A stretch of 64,000 bases of DNA, from IMG/VR virus record IMGVR_UViG_3300031669_000001, positions 62,001-126,000 of that record, one strand, 5' to 3'. Numbering within the stretch: the first letter of the stretch is position 1; each line of letters opens with the position of its first letter. Both the position numbers and the translations under genes were made by a program. Of this stretch, positions 9,481 to 18,516 are shown piece after piece. The notes below the pieces were generated by a model. It was not told the DNA's origin. It was given only the letters and a program-made list of their open reading frames with translations, and searched no databases.

Positions 9481-10325
9481 GTTGCTTTCTCCAATGATTT
9501 CTTTATCTTTTCCACCTCTGCTTGAGTGTTGTAACCCATCAAAGGATGTTTCGTTTCATATACATACGATGGATCGCCGATGTTGTAAAGATAATGAACG
9601 ATGTTTAGAAACGTCAATTCACCGGACTGGGTTGTAAATTTGACGTGACCGTCTTGATCAATTTTCAACGCTGAATAACGCATCTCTTGTAAAGCAGAAG
9701 CTACGGAATTCCACGTAACACCAAAAATTGATTGATCATGCCAGCCTTCATCTCTTACCTCGCCAAATTTAATGAAGTCGGCAGACATCGCCACGCTCAT
9801 ATCTACTCTGTCTGCAATCAGGCTGGTATTTATAGCGACGTATGGCCTGTACTCTAAAACAGCTGGAATTATAATCGATGACGCAGCAGGAGATTTTAGT
9901 CTCTCCAGCATTTCATCAACGATCTCCGCTGACCTAAGATGAGCATCACCCCATAAAATTACCGCTTGAGGAGTGACGTCGAAGCTCTTGGAAACTTTCT
10001 CAAACGCCTCCAATACAGCTTTGCCGTCTCCTCCACCACTCTCGATGCCGATAATTTTGATGTTGTTTGCGTGAAAACCTACGTGTGTATCATACACAGC
10101 TTCACTGACATAATCTTCAGCCTCATGAGATACAATGACGAAAACCTTTCTGAACTTATGCGCTACCAAATTCAGCGTGTTCTCTAAGTTTGATTTGCCA
10201 TTGATTTCTACGAGAGCTTTAGGAATGTTGATGTCACCCATTCTAGTGCCCTTGCCCGCCGCGATGATCCAAAGATCATGCTTCAAGTTGGCCTCAACTT
10301 GAGAAAGTCTAGAAAAACCACTCAT
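9477..10325 (-). CDS. Sugar-phosphate nucleotidyltransferase (GlmU-N/MurU-like)
   Basis: IIAAGKGTRMG..IPKAL, GGGDGKAV, ILWGD, GYNTQAEV. Confidence 0.85.
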   Translation of the reverse strand: MSGFSRLSQVEANLKHDLWIIAAGKGTRMGDINIPKALVEINGKSNLENTLNLVAHKFRKVFVIVSHEAEDYVSEAVYDTHVGFHANNIKIIGIESGGGDGKAVLEAFEKVSKSFDVTPQAVILWGDAHLRSAEIVDEMLERLKSPAASSIIIPAVLEYRPYVAINTSLIADRVDMSVAMSADFIKFGEVRDEGWHDQSIFGVTWNSVASALQEMRYSALKIDQDGHVKFTTQSGELTFLNIVHYLYNIGDPSYVYETKHPLMGYNTQAEVEKIKKSLEKAT

Positions 10326-12148
10326 CTCAGATTCATCCTGTAGTACATTCCAAGAGTTAGCAAAAAGACATAGGTGTCTTTTGGGTTCTTAACATTTACA
10401 AAATCCACTCTATCGTTGATGAATAGAGAGTGATCATTACCACCTTCATGCGATTCATCTCCAATGACTGTAATACGACCTTTGAGTTCTTTTAAGATGA
10501 CGTTCTTTGTAGCACCTAGAGAAATATCAATCGTCGTTCTTCCAGTAGCTTCTACAGTTAGATCCTTGAAAAGAATCCTGATGAGAGTTAAAAGCGGCAG
10601 CCTGTATTCTGGATCGATAGGCTTGATGGAAACTATCGTGTTGCTTCTATTTTGTATCTTAGACAGATTGATACCAATCTTCTCAAGGTTTGAGATTATG
10701 TGAGTGATCTGATCTTGTGAGAAGATGAATTTAGGTGCTATGATTTTTCCGGCGCTCAACGTTGTTGATGTTGAAAAATCTTGATCTGTCTCCGACGTCA
10801 ACTCATATCTGTTTACACCACCTTCCGCGAAGATAGATATGCGCGGAGATAACATTCGCAGATCACCGAAATTTATAGCCTTAATGGAATTCCCCGTGCA
10901 GATGCAGAAGCTTTTTCCCATCGATCTCAAAGTGTTCGAACAACGAATTAACAGCTCCTTGTTACTCTTCGAAGCTTCTTGATATGTAGAATTTCTGCCA
11001 ACCAAAGTATCGTCATAATCAAAAACGAAAGTGTCATTTAACATAGTTGGAAAGTAGTAATCAAACATGATCATCTTCATGAGCTTGCGACCGTCATGAG
11101 TCTTTTTATTTCCATTTACCGCGTCAGCAAGATCTGCTGATATGTATTTCCAACCTCTGTCAGTCATGAATTTAAAATCTGCTTGCATGTCAGGATCTGA
11201 TTTATCGTTGAACATGCAAACGATGTCTGTCAAGTCGAGGAATCTGGTACCTAGAATTGTTAGCATCTCACTAGCAGATACTCCAGCCATGTCTTTGTCT
11301 TGTGTATTGTTGACAACGAGAAACTTTTTAGCCTTAGATTTCTCTATAGATTCTTTGAACAAGTCATGCTGGTATGTAGGGATAAGAGATGACCATTGAG
11401 TACCAGATGAGAATATGATGACGTCAGCTTCATCAATGGCTATCAACGCATCGTTACACAAGACCCCTTTAGTTTCTTTTCCATGAGGGTCTGTGAAGAA
11501 AGTTGTTACAATCTTATCATCAGGATTATTCCAATCGACTATGTCGCCTTCATCTGAGATGATTCTTCCAGATTCTGTCCACGCTTGTAGGTAGAGTGAA
11601 TGATCATCCGCTACGATGACTGCATCTTCAGGAATCTGAAGAACGTTGCGCGCCATGATCTTACCCGCTTCTGCAAGTGAAAAGTTAGGTGCAGCTAATC
11701 CAGCATAAACGATGTTTGCGAGGGAGAAGTCAACGTAATCAACTTGAACAGCTTTCGGAAATGAGAAGTAATTCTCAACACCCTCGATCAAAGTGTTGAT
11801 CGTCAACGAATCAAGCTTGGGTGCTCGTTCATCCACGATAGACATCTTGTTGATGAGATTCAAGCACAATTCTTTTGCGTCTTGAGCCGGGCAATCAAAG
11901 CGCTTATTGAGTAGAGCTATGAGATTTTTATTCCCGCCTTGAAGTCCATATCGAAGAACCTGGTTCTTCCTAAGGTCAGACGGGCCGTTGATCTTTCCGT
12001 CAAGCACCTTTCTAACAGTGCCTGTCGACTTGCCGTTGTCTTGTGTGTTTGTGATGACACGAACGTCTACATTATTACCGTAGAGTTGGTGGAGCCCAGT
12101 TTGGATGGCGACACTTCCCGTGCCGCCGGAGAAAATCAATACATTCAT
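10322..12148 (-). CDS. CofD/YvcK(UPF0052)-family protein fused to HAD-IIB (phosphomannomutase-like) domain
   Basis: N-term FSGGTGS, NTQDNGKSTG, GPSDLRKN, EADVIIFSSGTQWSSLIP; C-term FVFDYDDTL, CTGN, FAEGG, GRTTIDI, IGDESHEGGND. Confidence 0.85.
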   Translation of the reverse strand: MNVLIFSGGTGSVAIQTGLHQLYGNNVDVRVITNTQDNGKSTGTVRKVLDGKINGPSDLRKNQVLRYGLQGGNKNLIALLNKRFDCPAQDAKELCLNLINKMSIVDERAPKLDSLTINTLIEGVENYFSFPKAVQVDYVDFSLANIVYAGLAAPNFSLAEAGKIMARNVLQIPEDAVIVADDHSLYLQAWTESGRIISDEGDIVDWNNPDDKIVTTFFTDPHGKETKGVLCNDALIAIDEADVIIFSSGTQWSSLIPTYQHDLFKESIEKSKAKKFLVVNNTQDKDMAGVSASEMLTILGTRFLDLTDIVCMFNDKSDPDMQADFKFMTDRGWKYISADLADAVNGNKKTHDGRKLMKMIMFDYYFPTMLNDTFVFDYDDTLVGRNSTYQEASKSNKELLIRCSNTLRSMGKSFCICTGNSIKAINFGDLRMLSPRISIFAEGGVNRYELTSETDQDFSTSTTLSAGKIIAPKFIFSQDQITHIISNLEKIGINLSKIQNRSNTIVSIKPIDPEYRLPLLTLIRILFKDLTVEATGRTTIDISLGATKNVILKELKGRITVIGDESHEGGNDHSLFINDRVDFVNVKNPKDTYVFLLTLGMYYRMNLR

Positions 12149-12156
12149 GTAGTGGG

Positions 12157-13179
12157 TTAGAGTTCAAGGAGTGCGCTCTTCACTCGTGGGGAGGCGGTAG
12201 TTACGTACGGCATGTAGCTAGCCAGATCTTCTGGAGATATGACAGGCTTGCGCGTATTTTCTTTCTTACAGCACATGATGGTATAACATTGTGCTAGATG
12301 AGGGTACATGTTTGCGAGAACTGCAGTTGCAAATCCTGTGCTGATCGTCTTCATGCGATCGTACATCTTACGCTGCTCAGGAGTAAACTTGTGCTTCATT
12401 GGAACTGCTTTGCCCAGCCAACCAGTGATCTGGTATGGACGTAGACCAGCTTCTTCAACTTCAGCCAGCATCTCTGGGAGGGTGAATTCATAGAGGTGAT
12501 TCTCTGGCCACGTGAACTGTTGTCCTTCATGTTTCTTTGGGTTTGGAGTGGAGATAACGATCACACCGTCATCTGTCAACATCTCCTTGGAATCCTTCAA
12601 CACGCTCTTCACACAGGGGATGCCGATGTGTTCAAGAACCTCCTGAAGCAAGATCATCTCATACTTCATCTGCTTCGCAGTTGGATCACTTTGAAACATC
12701 TTGTTGTGCCAATCAAGCAGGCGTTCTTCCATCGCGTCCATCAGGTACACATTGACTTGCTTCTTGTCAGAGTTTGCTTCGGCGTAGATCGCGTTAGCCT
12801 TCTTCACGATCTCTGGCCGAACTTCAAGACCGACGTAGTTGACGCGAGGGCGACCTGGGCTAGAGAAAGAAGACATCCAGAAGGTGTAGAACGTTGCGAT
12901 AGAACAACCAAGATCCAACACGTTCAACGCGCGTTCGATCTCTGGATAACGCAGACCGTAAAGTTCATTGCAGGCGGTGGCGTAACGGAAGATGTTAGCC
13001 ATATCCCAGCCTGAGCTGAAGTTTACCTTACCGAGAGTCGCCTTTGTAAAGAGGGCTTCATTGGAATCATCCCACAGGCGCTCATGTGAATCGAGTCGCT
13101 GGTTGGAATCATGCGCAACGTCTGCGATCTGATCATTCGCAAGTTCATCGGCGGTTGCGTCAATTGTTGTTGTGTTCAT
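12157..13179 (-). CDS. Class I SAM-dependent methyltransferase
   Basis: VLDLGCS, YVGLE, LMDA, LQEVLEHI, VISTPN. Confidence 0.8.
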   Translation of the reverse strand: MNTTTIDATADELANDQIADVAHDSNQRLDSHERLWDDSNEALFTKATLGKVNFSSGWDMANIFRYATACNELYGLRYPEIERALNVLDLGCSIATFYTFWMSSFSSPGRPRVNYVGLEVRPEIVKKANAIYAEANSDKKQVNVYLMDAMEERLLDWHNKMFQSDPTAKQMKYEMILLQEVLEHIGIPCVKSVLKDSKEMLTDDGVIVISTPNPKKHEGQQFTWPENHLYEFTLPEMLAEVEEAGLRPYQITGWLGKAVPMKHKFTPEQRKMYDRMKTISTGFATAVLANMYPHLAQCYTIMCCKKENTRKPVISPEDLASYMPYVTTASPRVKSALLEL

Positions 13180-13201
13180 TTACTTTCCTTTATTGGTTAG
13201 C

Positions 13202-13230
13202 ATTCTATCACGCGTTGAGTGGTTTGTAAA
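13202..13230 (-). promoter_or_regulatory. Early sigma70-type promoter TTTACA-17-TAGAAT with GTGA extended -10
   Basis: Read directly on the minus strand upstream of the methyltransferase. Confidence 0.75.
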
Positions 13231-13294
13231 TTTTCAGACAGTCGCCGGTTCGCCGGTTGTCTATTGAATTGTTCCAAGCGATTCATGACAGCCG

Positions 13295-13642
13295 TCAGGT
13301 TGCATCTACATCGATGCCAGCCCCGTAGTTGTCGATAGCATGATCCAAGATCGATTGACCGATGATGCCAAGCTGAACCGCGCGAAGCTGAGCGACTGTC
13401 ATTACAAGATCTTCACCACAAACATCTTTGTACAGCATCCAGATGCGGCTTCCATAGATGCCGTGAGTGTCGAGAGCCAAAACTGATCCGAGTCCACCCA
13501 TAAAATCTTGAGGGTCAATATGTGCAGCGTTCTGGTAAAGCTGCATGATGACGTTCATCGCGCCAGGATTTCCTTCGGCAAGCTTTATTACTACATCCAT
13601 AAAGCTATCTTCGAGAGTTACGCGGTCTTTAGTCTTGTTCAT
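13295..13642 (-). CDS. Hypothetical protein
   Basis: Coupled ORF with SD; LAEGNPGA motif, no function recognised. Confidence 0.6.
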   Translation of the reverse strand: MNKTKDRVTLEDSFMDVVIKLAEGNPGAMNVIMQLYQNAAHIDPQDFMGGLGSVLALDTHGIYGSRIWMLYKDVCGEDLVMTVAQLRAVQLGIIGQSILDHAIDNYGAGIDVDAT

Positions 13643-14748
13643 GTGCTTCTCCTTAGCAATTCAACAAAATTGTTGCAAAAGTCGGCAGCATCAAAGTTGA
13701 ATGCCGCCATCTGGTACTCAAGAACTTCTCGACGGGCGCCATCGTCGTCTTTCAAGATCATAATCTTTGCTTCGACGTCAACGTTATCTGTAACGTACAA
13801 AAGCTCATTGAGGTATTTGTCTTTGCCGAAGATCCGGCGGGCGCGATCCATGTCATGATCTACAAATGTTACGACTTGGGACCAAACAGATTCCGCTAAC
13901 CGTTGTGGGACGTCATCTGTGTCTTCATAGAGCTTATCGCCGATGACAACGTGAGCAAGGCTCTTGTTCATCTTCCCCATCATCTGCTCATACTTCACTG
14001 GGCCAGAAAATGTTGGAGGTCTCGGAGTCACCAAGTCAAAATCTTCTCTTTTTATCTTTCCAAAGATTTCAACTTCAATATCTTCTGAATAACCAAAGTA
14101 GAACTTCAGCATCTTTCCAGCTCTGCGACCACCTCTGAAGGTTCCACCGTAAGACAGGTCTGTAAGTGGCATGGGATTGATAGATAGTGGGGTCTGCAAA
14201 CATGGGAACTTCTCGAAAGGGTAGTGATCCATCCTCGAGATGCCGATAGCACTCTTGCTCTTGTTGACGAATTGGAGGTATTTAGCCGTGTTGTAAGGTT
14301 GGCAAATATAGTGTATGTCTGTCCTGGTGACCTCGATATTCTCGCGTTTATACAGCGAATCCTTATCCTTTGACGCGACAGAAGACCAGATCTGCTTCAA
14401 AGTGATAGCTGGATCGCACAAAATGTAGTGTACGGGGCCATTGAATCGGTTCAGGATGTGATAGTTTAGGATCTGGGCGTTGTCGAGAACACCACCGAAG
14501 AAGTTGACGTTGCCATTTATTACGACCAGAGCGTCAGCGCTTACGTCATCAAACTCTTCTTCTATCTGATGCAGCGTTACACCTTCCGGTGCTGGCTCAT
14601 CCTTATCCAGAATCTTGGTGTAGATGTGAACGTCTGCGCCGCCTAAACGAAGCATGTTGCAGATGGCTTGTGCCTCTCCAACTGAACCTGCAGAGCTCGA
14701 TGATCCAAAGGCTATTCTAGCCCCGAGTTTAACTACGGCAACTTTCAT
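13639..14748 (-). CDS. bgt: T4-like DNA beta-glucosyltransferase homolog
   Basis: Colinear with T4 BGT: MKVAVVKLG, VINGNVNFFGG, YILCDP, LSYGGTFRGGRRAGKM, EIFGK, PTFSGPV, VIGDKLYE. Confidence 0.85.
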   Translation of the reverse strand: MKVAVVKLGARIAFGSSSSAGSVGEAQAICNMLRLGGADVHIYTKILDKDEPAPEGVTLHQIEEEFDDVSADALVVINGNVNFFGGVLDNAQILNYHILNRFNGPVHYILCDPAITLKQIWSSVASKDKDSLYKRENIEVTRTDIHYICQPYNTAKYLQFVNKSKSAIGISRMDHYPFEKFPCLQTPLSINPMPLTDLSYGGTFRGGRRAGKMLKFYFGYSEDIEVEIFGKIKREDFDLVTPRPPTFSGPVKYEQMMGKMNKSLAHVVIGDKLYEDTDDVPQRLAESVWSQVVTFVDHDMDRARRIFGKDKYLNELLYVTDNVDVEAKIMILKDDDGARREVLEYQMAAFNFDAADFCNNFVELLRRST

Positions 14749-14767
14749 ACAGTTCCTCATTTTTGTT

Positions 14768-14796
14768 ATTGTACCACGATTTCTAACGAAAGTACA
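14768..14796 (-). promoter_or_regulatory. Early promoter TGTACT-17-TACAAT with GTGG extended -10
   Basis: Directly upstream of bgt. Confidence 0.7.
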
Positions 14797-14799
14797 TAG

Positions 14800-14964
14800 T
14801 TATTTGCAGAAAGCATCCCAGATCATACCAGCATTTGCAATTGCGTAACACAAGAATGCAAGAGACATTCCAGGTCTACCAACAAAGAGATAAGATCCAG
14901 ACGCCCCTAGACATAGCAGAGAACTAAGACCTAGGAATGCAAACAACCAATAAGTGGGATTCAT
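14800..14964 (-). CDS. Small hydrophobic membrane protein (54 aa, not in ORF track)
   Basis: MNPTYWLFAFLGLSSLLCLGASGSYLFVGRPGMSLAFLCYAIANAGMIWDAFCK; ATGA overlap with upstream gene. Confidence 0.55.
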   Translation of the reverse strand: MNPTYWLFAFLGLSSLLCLGASGSYLFVGRPGMSLAFLCYAIANAGMIWDAFCK

Positions 14965-15227
14965 TCATTTACCTCTTTTAATTCATCAATTGCTTTTGTT
15001 AGGTCTCTCATCTGAGCCATGGTTATGTGTTTGCGGAAGTACAGCAAGATGTATTCTATAAGTTCTATGAACGATTTGCGAACATCTTTTAACTTACCAG
15101 AAAGTCTTTCATTTTCTGCAGTCAGTCGTTCATTTTCTTTTCGAAGCTCAAAGATAGAATTTTGTTCATACCGAGCTTTGGTTTCACTTGGAGTCAGCAT
15201 ATTCTTGTCCCACATTTTTGAAGGCAA
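14961..15227 (-). CDS. Hypothetical coiled-coil protein
   Basis: ORF in co-oriented run. Confidence 0.5.
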   Translation of the reverse strand: MPSKMWDKNMLTPSETKARYEQNSIFELRKENERLTAENERLSGKLKDVRKSFIELIEYILLYFRKHITMAQMRDLTKAIDELKEVNE

Positions 15228-15633
15228 AGTCGATCATCTGTTCAGATTCGTGATCAACATAATTATCGATGTAGCCTTGGTCTAATAAAACTGAAATTCC
15301 TATCTTAACGTTGTTGCTAAACGCAGTAAAATCTCTAAAAGTTTCTACTCTTGTAACTCGAATGTTGGTAGACAGAGTCGCAGCAAGATTCTTTTCTACC
15401 GCGCTGATAAAATGACTATTAGATGTATTTGCATTGCAGTCTAAGATATTGATCATCATCCTAGACAAGGAATCTAGCATCAAGAAATAAAGATCTGAAT
15501 CTTTCTTTATGGTACACTTATCACCCACCAAGTGAATCTCAAACTTTACGTCATCATACGGTGCCATTTTTGGAAATGGCGCTGGCTTTGGTGGAATTAG
15601 AGCACTCGTTCTGAAAGGTAAGCTTATCGCCAT
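15184..15633 (-). CDS. Hypothetical protein
   Basis: ORF coupled to acb1 by TAATG overlap. Confidence 0.55.
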   Translation of the reverse strand: MAISLPFRTSALIPPKPAPFPKMAPYDDVKFEIHLVGDKCTIKKDSDLYFLMLDSLSRMMINILDCNANTSNSHFISAVEKNLAATLSTNIRVTRVETFRDFTAFSNNVKIGISVLLDQGYIDNYVDHESEQMIDFAFKNVGQEYADSK

Positions 15634-16124
15634 TACTCTTCATCTTTCCAATTTGCATTGAGAGGTTCAAAGTAGATTTCTTCAGGAACGATAGACACGT
15701 CTGGAATCTGAATCTTTGACCAATCGAATCCAGGCGCGCTGTATGATATAGTGATGTGAGCGTCATAGCTTTCAAAGTCATGAGTTGCACCACTAGCTAT
15801 CAATTTATCGTGTAGAGCTTCTAGCTCAGGTGCGTGAAGCATCAAGACCAAAACAGTCTTGTCGTGGATTTCTGATGAAGAATCCATCATTCGAAATCCA
15901 CTGATCGGGAACTTCCATCCAAGGCGCTTGAGCTCTGCATGGTCCATGTTGTGCTGCTTATCTTCAGGAACTGGCTTCCTGCTGTAGATGAGAGTTGAGT
16001 GAAAGTGATCTGGATTGATCGGGTTTGGAACGTTCCACAACGTCATCAGTGCCTTTAGAGCTTCACATGAAGCTTTATCATATCTCACCGCTGCGTAGGT
16101 ACCTGTTCTTCTTTCTGTCATCAT
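15633..16124 (-). CDS. acb1: Anti-CBASS 2H phosphodiesterase (T4 gp57B/Acb1 homolog)
   Basis: GTYAAV, VPNP..FHSTLIYSR, LVLML, GATHDF..YDAHITISY, EPLNANW are colinear with T4 Acb1. Confidence 0.9.
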   Translation of the reverse strand: MMTERRTGTYAAVRYDKASCEALKALMTLWNVPNPINPDHFHSTLIYSRKPVPEDKQHNMDHAELKRLGWKFPISGFRMMDSSSEIHDKTVLVLMLHAPELEALHDKLIASGATHDFESYDAHITISYSAPGFDWSKIQIPDVSIVPEEIYFEPLNANWKDEE

Positions 16125-16648
16125 AGGATGACTTCCATCGCTGTCATATTGTTCATGTGTTTTCCTAAATCTTGAGGTGTTAAGAGACAGCAGTAACTGA
16201 GATCAGTCTTCTTTGAATTTCTTGAGAAGTTAGACGCGTTAAGCTGTCCTACTGGGTGTAGCATCATGTGCATTCTTGGGATCATCACGTATGTACACGT
16301 CTCTTTGATCATTAGATCTAAAAGAACGACGGGAGAAACGTGGTAGTCGTGAGTTTCAGGGTGCATTAGTAGCGCGCTATAACTACTTGAAGAACATTGA
16401 GTGATAGGAACGGTGTCCACCATCTTTGTTTCTTCATCGACTATCAAAAGGTTCCACGATGCTGGAACGTTGAAGTCAAAGTCATTAATTCTGACTCTAA
16501 CTGTAGGGCCTTGTGTTTCTTCGAGCAGGTTTATTGGACGGAGGACAAAGTCATTCATCGCAACATCGTAGAACCAACTGAACTTAGGAACTACAGGGCC
16601 TGAAACATCATCAACACGGTACGGGTGTCCAAAATCGGGAAGAATTAT
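16121..16648 (-). CDS. Hypothetical protein downstream of uvsW, probable non-ATG start
   Basis: Frame stays open 30 codons upstream of ATG 16558 (IILPDFGHPYRV...) with AAGGA SD but only ATA/ATT codons available. Confidence 0.55.
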   Translation of the reverse strand: MILPDFGHPYRVDDVSGPVVPKFSWFYDVAMNDFVLRPINLLEETQGPTVRVRINDFDFNVPASWNLLIVDEETKMVDTVPITQCSSSSYSALLMHPETHDYHVSPVVLLDLMIKETCTYVMIPRMHMMLHPVGQLNASNFSRNSKKTDLSYCCLLTPQDLGKHMNNMTAMEVIL

Positions 16649-16652
16649 AATT

Positions 16653-16847
16653 TTAGTTTCCTTTGAATACTGCGGAGAGCTCTCTCAATCTAATGACGAG
16701 CTTCATTTGATCTAATGACAGAGCATTGAACTTAACCTTTTGGGCTGAAGCATCTTCTGCTGATAGTGCTACGTTCGAAGTCTCGATGTAATTCGACCAT
16801 AAAAGCAAAGCGTGAGCAACAAGCTCCTCATCTGTCATATTTTCCAT
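16653..16847 (-). CDS. Hypothetical protein
   Basis: First ORF after an early promoter. Confidence 0.55.
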   Translation of the reverse strand: MENMTDEELVAHALLLWSNYIETSNVALSAEDASAQKVKFNALSLDQMKLVIRLRELSAVFKGN

Positions 16848-16853
16848 TTTGGT

Positions 16854-16882
16854 ATTATAACACGCTTCTTAGTGAAAAGAAA
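16854..16882 (-). promoter_or_regulatory. Early promoter TTTCTT-17-TATAAT with GTGT extended -10
   Basis: Perfect -10, weak -35. Confidence 0.55.
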
Positions 16883-16883
16883 C

Positions 16884-17102
16884 TTAATGATAGATGTTGT
16901 ATGCGACGACGATGACTATCAAAATGATCGTCAAAATTATTTTTCTATGATAAGTAATTTCGGGCTCAGTTTCGTCAAATTCATGGTCTTCAATTTCAAT
17001 GTGATTTCTGGTCGCAGAAATTCTACGTTCAACTTCATCCATCTGCAAATTGAGTCTCTCGATCTCTTCTTGCATCTCTTCAGGTGTCATTCTCTTCATC
17101 AT
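16884..17102 (-). CDS. Small protein with C-terminal transmembrane helix
   Basis: KIILTIILIVIVVAY. Confidence 0.55.
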   Translation of the reverse strand: MMKRMTPEEMQEEIERLNLQMDEVERRISATRNHIEIEDHEFDETEPEITYHRKIILTIILIVIVVAYNIYH

Positions 17103-17103
17103 C

Positions 17104-18516
17104 TTAGTACTTCATCTTTCTGACAGCTGTCATTGGGTAACAAGCTTCATCGTAATACTTCTTACGTTCCTTAAAGTGCTTCTTAGCATACTTCAGCTTC
17201 GAGTATGCGTCCACTACGTGGATCTTATTCTTGTCGCCCTTCTTCCTAAGTCCACGGCCTACAGCCTGAATGCACTTAACGAAAGACTTTCCCGTATCAA
17301 GCATCACAAGGCAGAAGATTCTATCTATGCTCAATCCAACTGAAGCGATACCAGCAGATGCTATAACGATGACATCATCACGAGCTGCGTATTGTTCGTA
17401 CTGTTCCTGACGAAGATCAGATCCTGATTGGCCGTCAAGGTACACTGCGTCAGGAATCAATTCTGCGATAGCTCGTCCTTGCGCCAGGGACTGGGTATTT
17501 ACAAGGACTAGAGTATTTCCATATTTTTCTCTGTAGCCTTGAATCATCTCTGCTAATGCTTCATTGCGTTCTTCGTGCTTTGTAAGATAAGAACGCTCTG
17601 ACGCGTAGTCAGGAAGTTCAGGATCTACGTCCACCGTCTCTACAGGTTCAATCAGAATCTCTGACAGATAGCCTTGAGCGATCAACCAAGAAGCTGGTAC
17701 CTCTCTAACGATTCTACCGATAGAAAGCTTTAAGCTATAACCATCTGTTGGTGACTTTGGATAAGTTCCAGTACAGCCGTAGCGGTGAGAGATGTGTTTG
17801 CCGTGTTCATTGATCAACTCTTTGATCACGTTAGCCTTTGCACCATGAGCTTCATCGACGATGATCGCCTGAAAGAAGCTCATGTAGTGAGGAACGTTTT
17901 GAAGAGATTGCCAGGTAGCTACTACGATGGGGTGATCGATATCTTTTTGACTGCCAGAATATTCACCGATGCTTACAGGGTAAGCCTTCAATCTATCTCT
18001 AAACTCATCTACAGTTTGTGTTACAAGATCTGCAGATGGAACGATTATCAGAGTCTGAAGACCATTGAGGTGCAATACCATCGAAAGAGCTGCACACATT
18101 GAAGTCTTGCCAGAGCCGGTGGCGCAGATAGCAAAGCCTGATCCCTCATCTAAGAGTCCATTGACAACTTCTACCTGATAAGGACGAAGTTGAAAAGTTT
18201 CATGCCCAAAGAACGTTTCATCGATTCGATCTGTGATGACTGGAGCGTGCTGTCTATTATCTCTTAAATCTACCTCATAGCCCCAAGAACAGACGTAAGG
18301 TAGAATTTCATCCAGGATCTTAGTGAAGGTCTTACCGGTCTTTTCAAAGAACCTAATCTTACCATCCCACCGGCGTAGTTGATACGCTGGCATGTGGAAG
18401 TAACCATCTACAAAGACTCCAAACTTTTCCCACAAAAGTTCGAGGTGTTCTGGGCGAAGGCCGCCGAAACGACAATGGACTTCATCTTCTAGATGAAGAG
18501 TACAGGTAAGAGTCAT
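17104..18516 (-). CDS. uvsW: UvsW-like SF2 DNA helicase
   Basis: LRPYQ, ATGSGKT, IVDEAHG, GCTGT, VGLSI, QAVGRGLR; T4 UvsW-like N-terminus (FFVDGY..W.GKIR). Confidence 0.9.
   Translation of the reverse strand: MTLTCTLHLEDEVHCRFGGLRPEHLELLWEKFGVFVDGYFHMPAYQLRRWDGKIRFFEKTGKTFTKILDEILPYVCSWGYEVDLRDNRQHAPVITDRIDETFFGHETFQLRPYQVEVVNGLLDEGSGFAICATGSGKTSMCAALSMVLHLNGLQTLIIVPSADLVTQTVDEFRDRLKAYPVSIGEYSGSQKDIDHPIVVATWQSLQNVPHYMSFFQAIIVDEAHGAKANVIKELINEHGKHISHRYGCTGTYPKSPTDGYSLKLSIGRIVREVPASWLIAQGYLSEILIEPVETVDVDPELPDYASERSYLTKHEERNEALAEMIQGYREKYGNTLVLVNTQSLAQGRAIAELIPDAVYLDGQSGSDLRQEQYEQYAARDDVIVIASAGIASVGLSIDRIFCLVMLDTGKSFVKCIQAVGRGLRKKGDKNKIHVVDAYSKLKYAKKHFKERKKYYDEACYPMTAVRKMKY

Noticed and set aside
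10322-12148. Coenzyme F420 biosynthesis
   Set aside because: No cofG/cofH/cofE-type genes are present, and the neighbours are sugar-nucleotide enzymes.
13237-13261. CGCCGGTT direct repeat / CCGG-TTCG-CCGG mini-hairpin
   Set aside because: Too short to call; may be a weak terminator ahead of the early promoter but has no clear U-tract.
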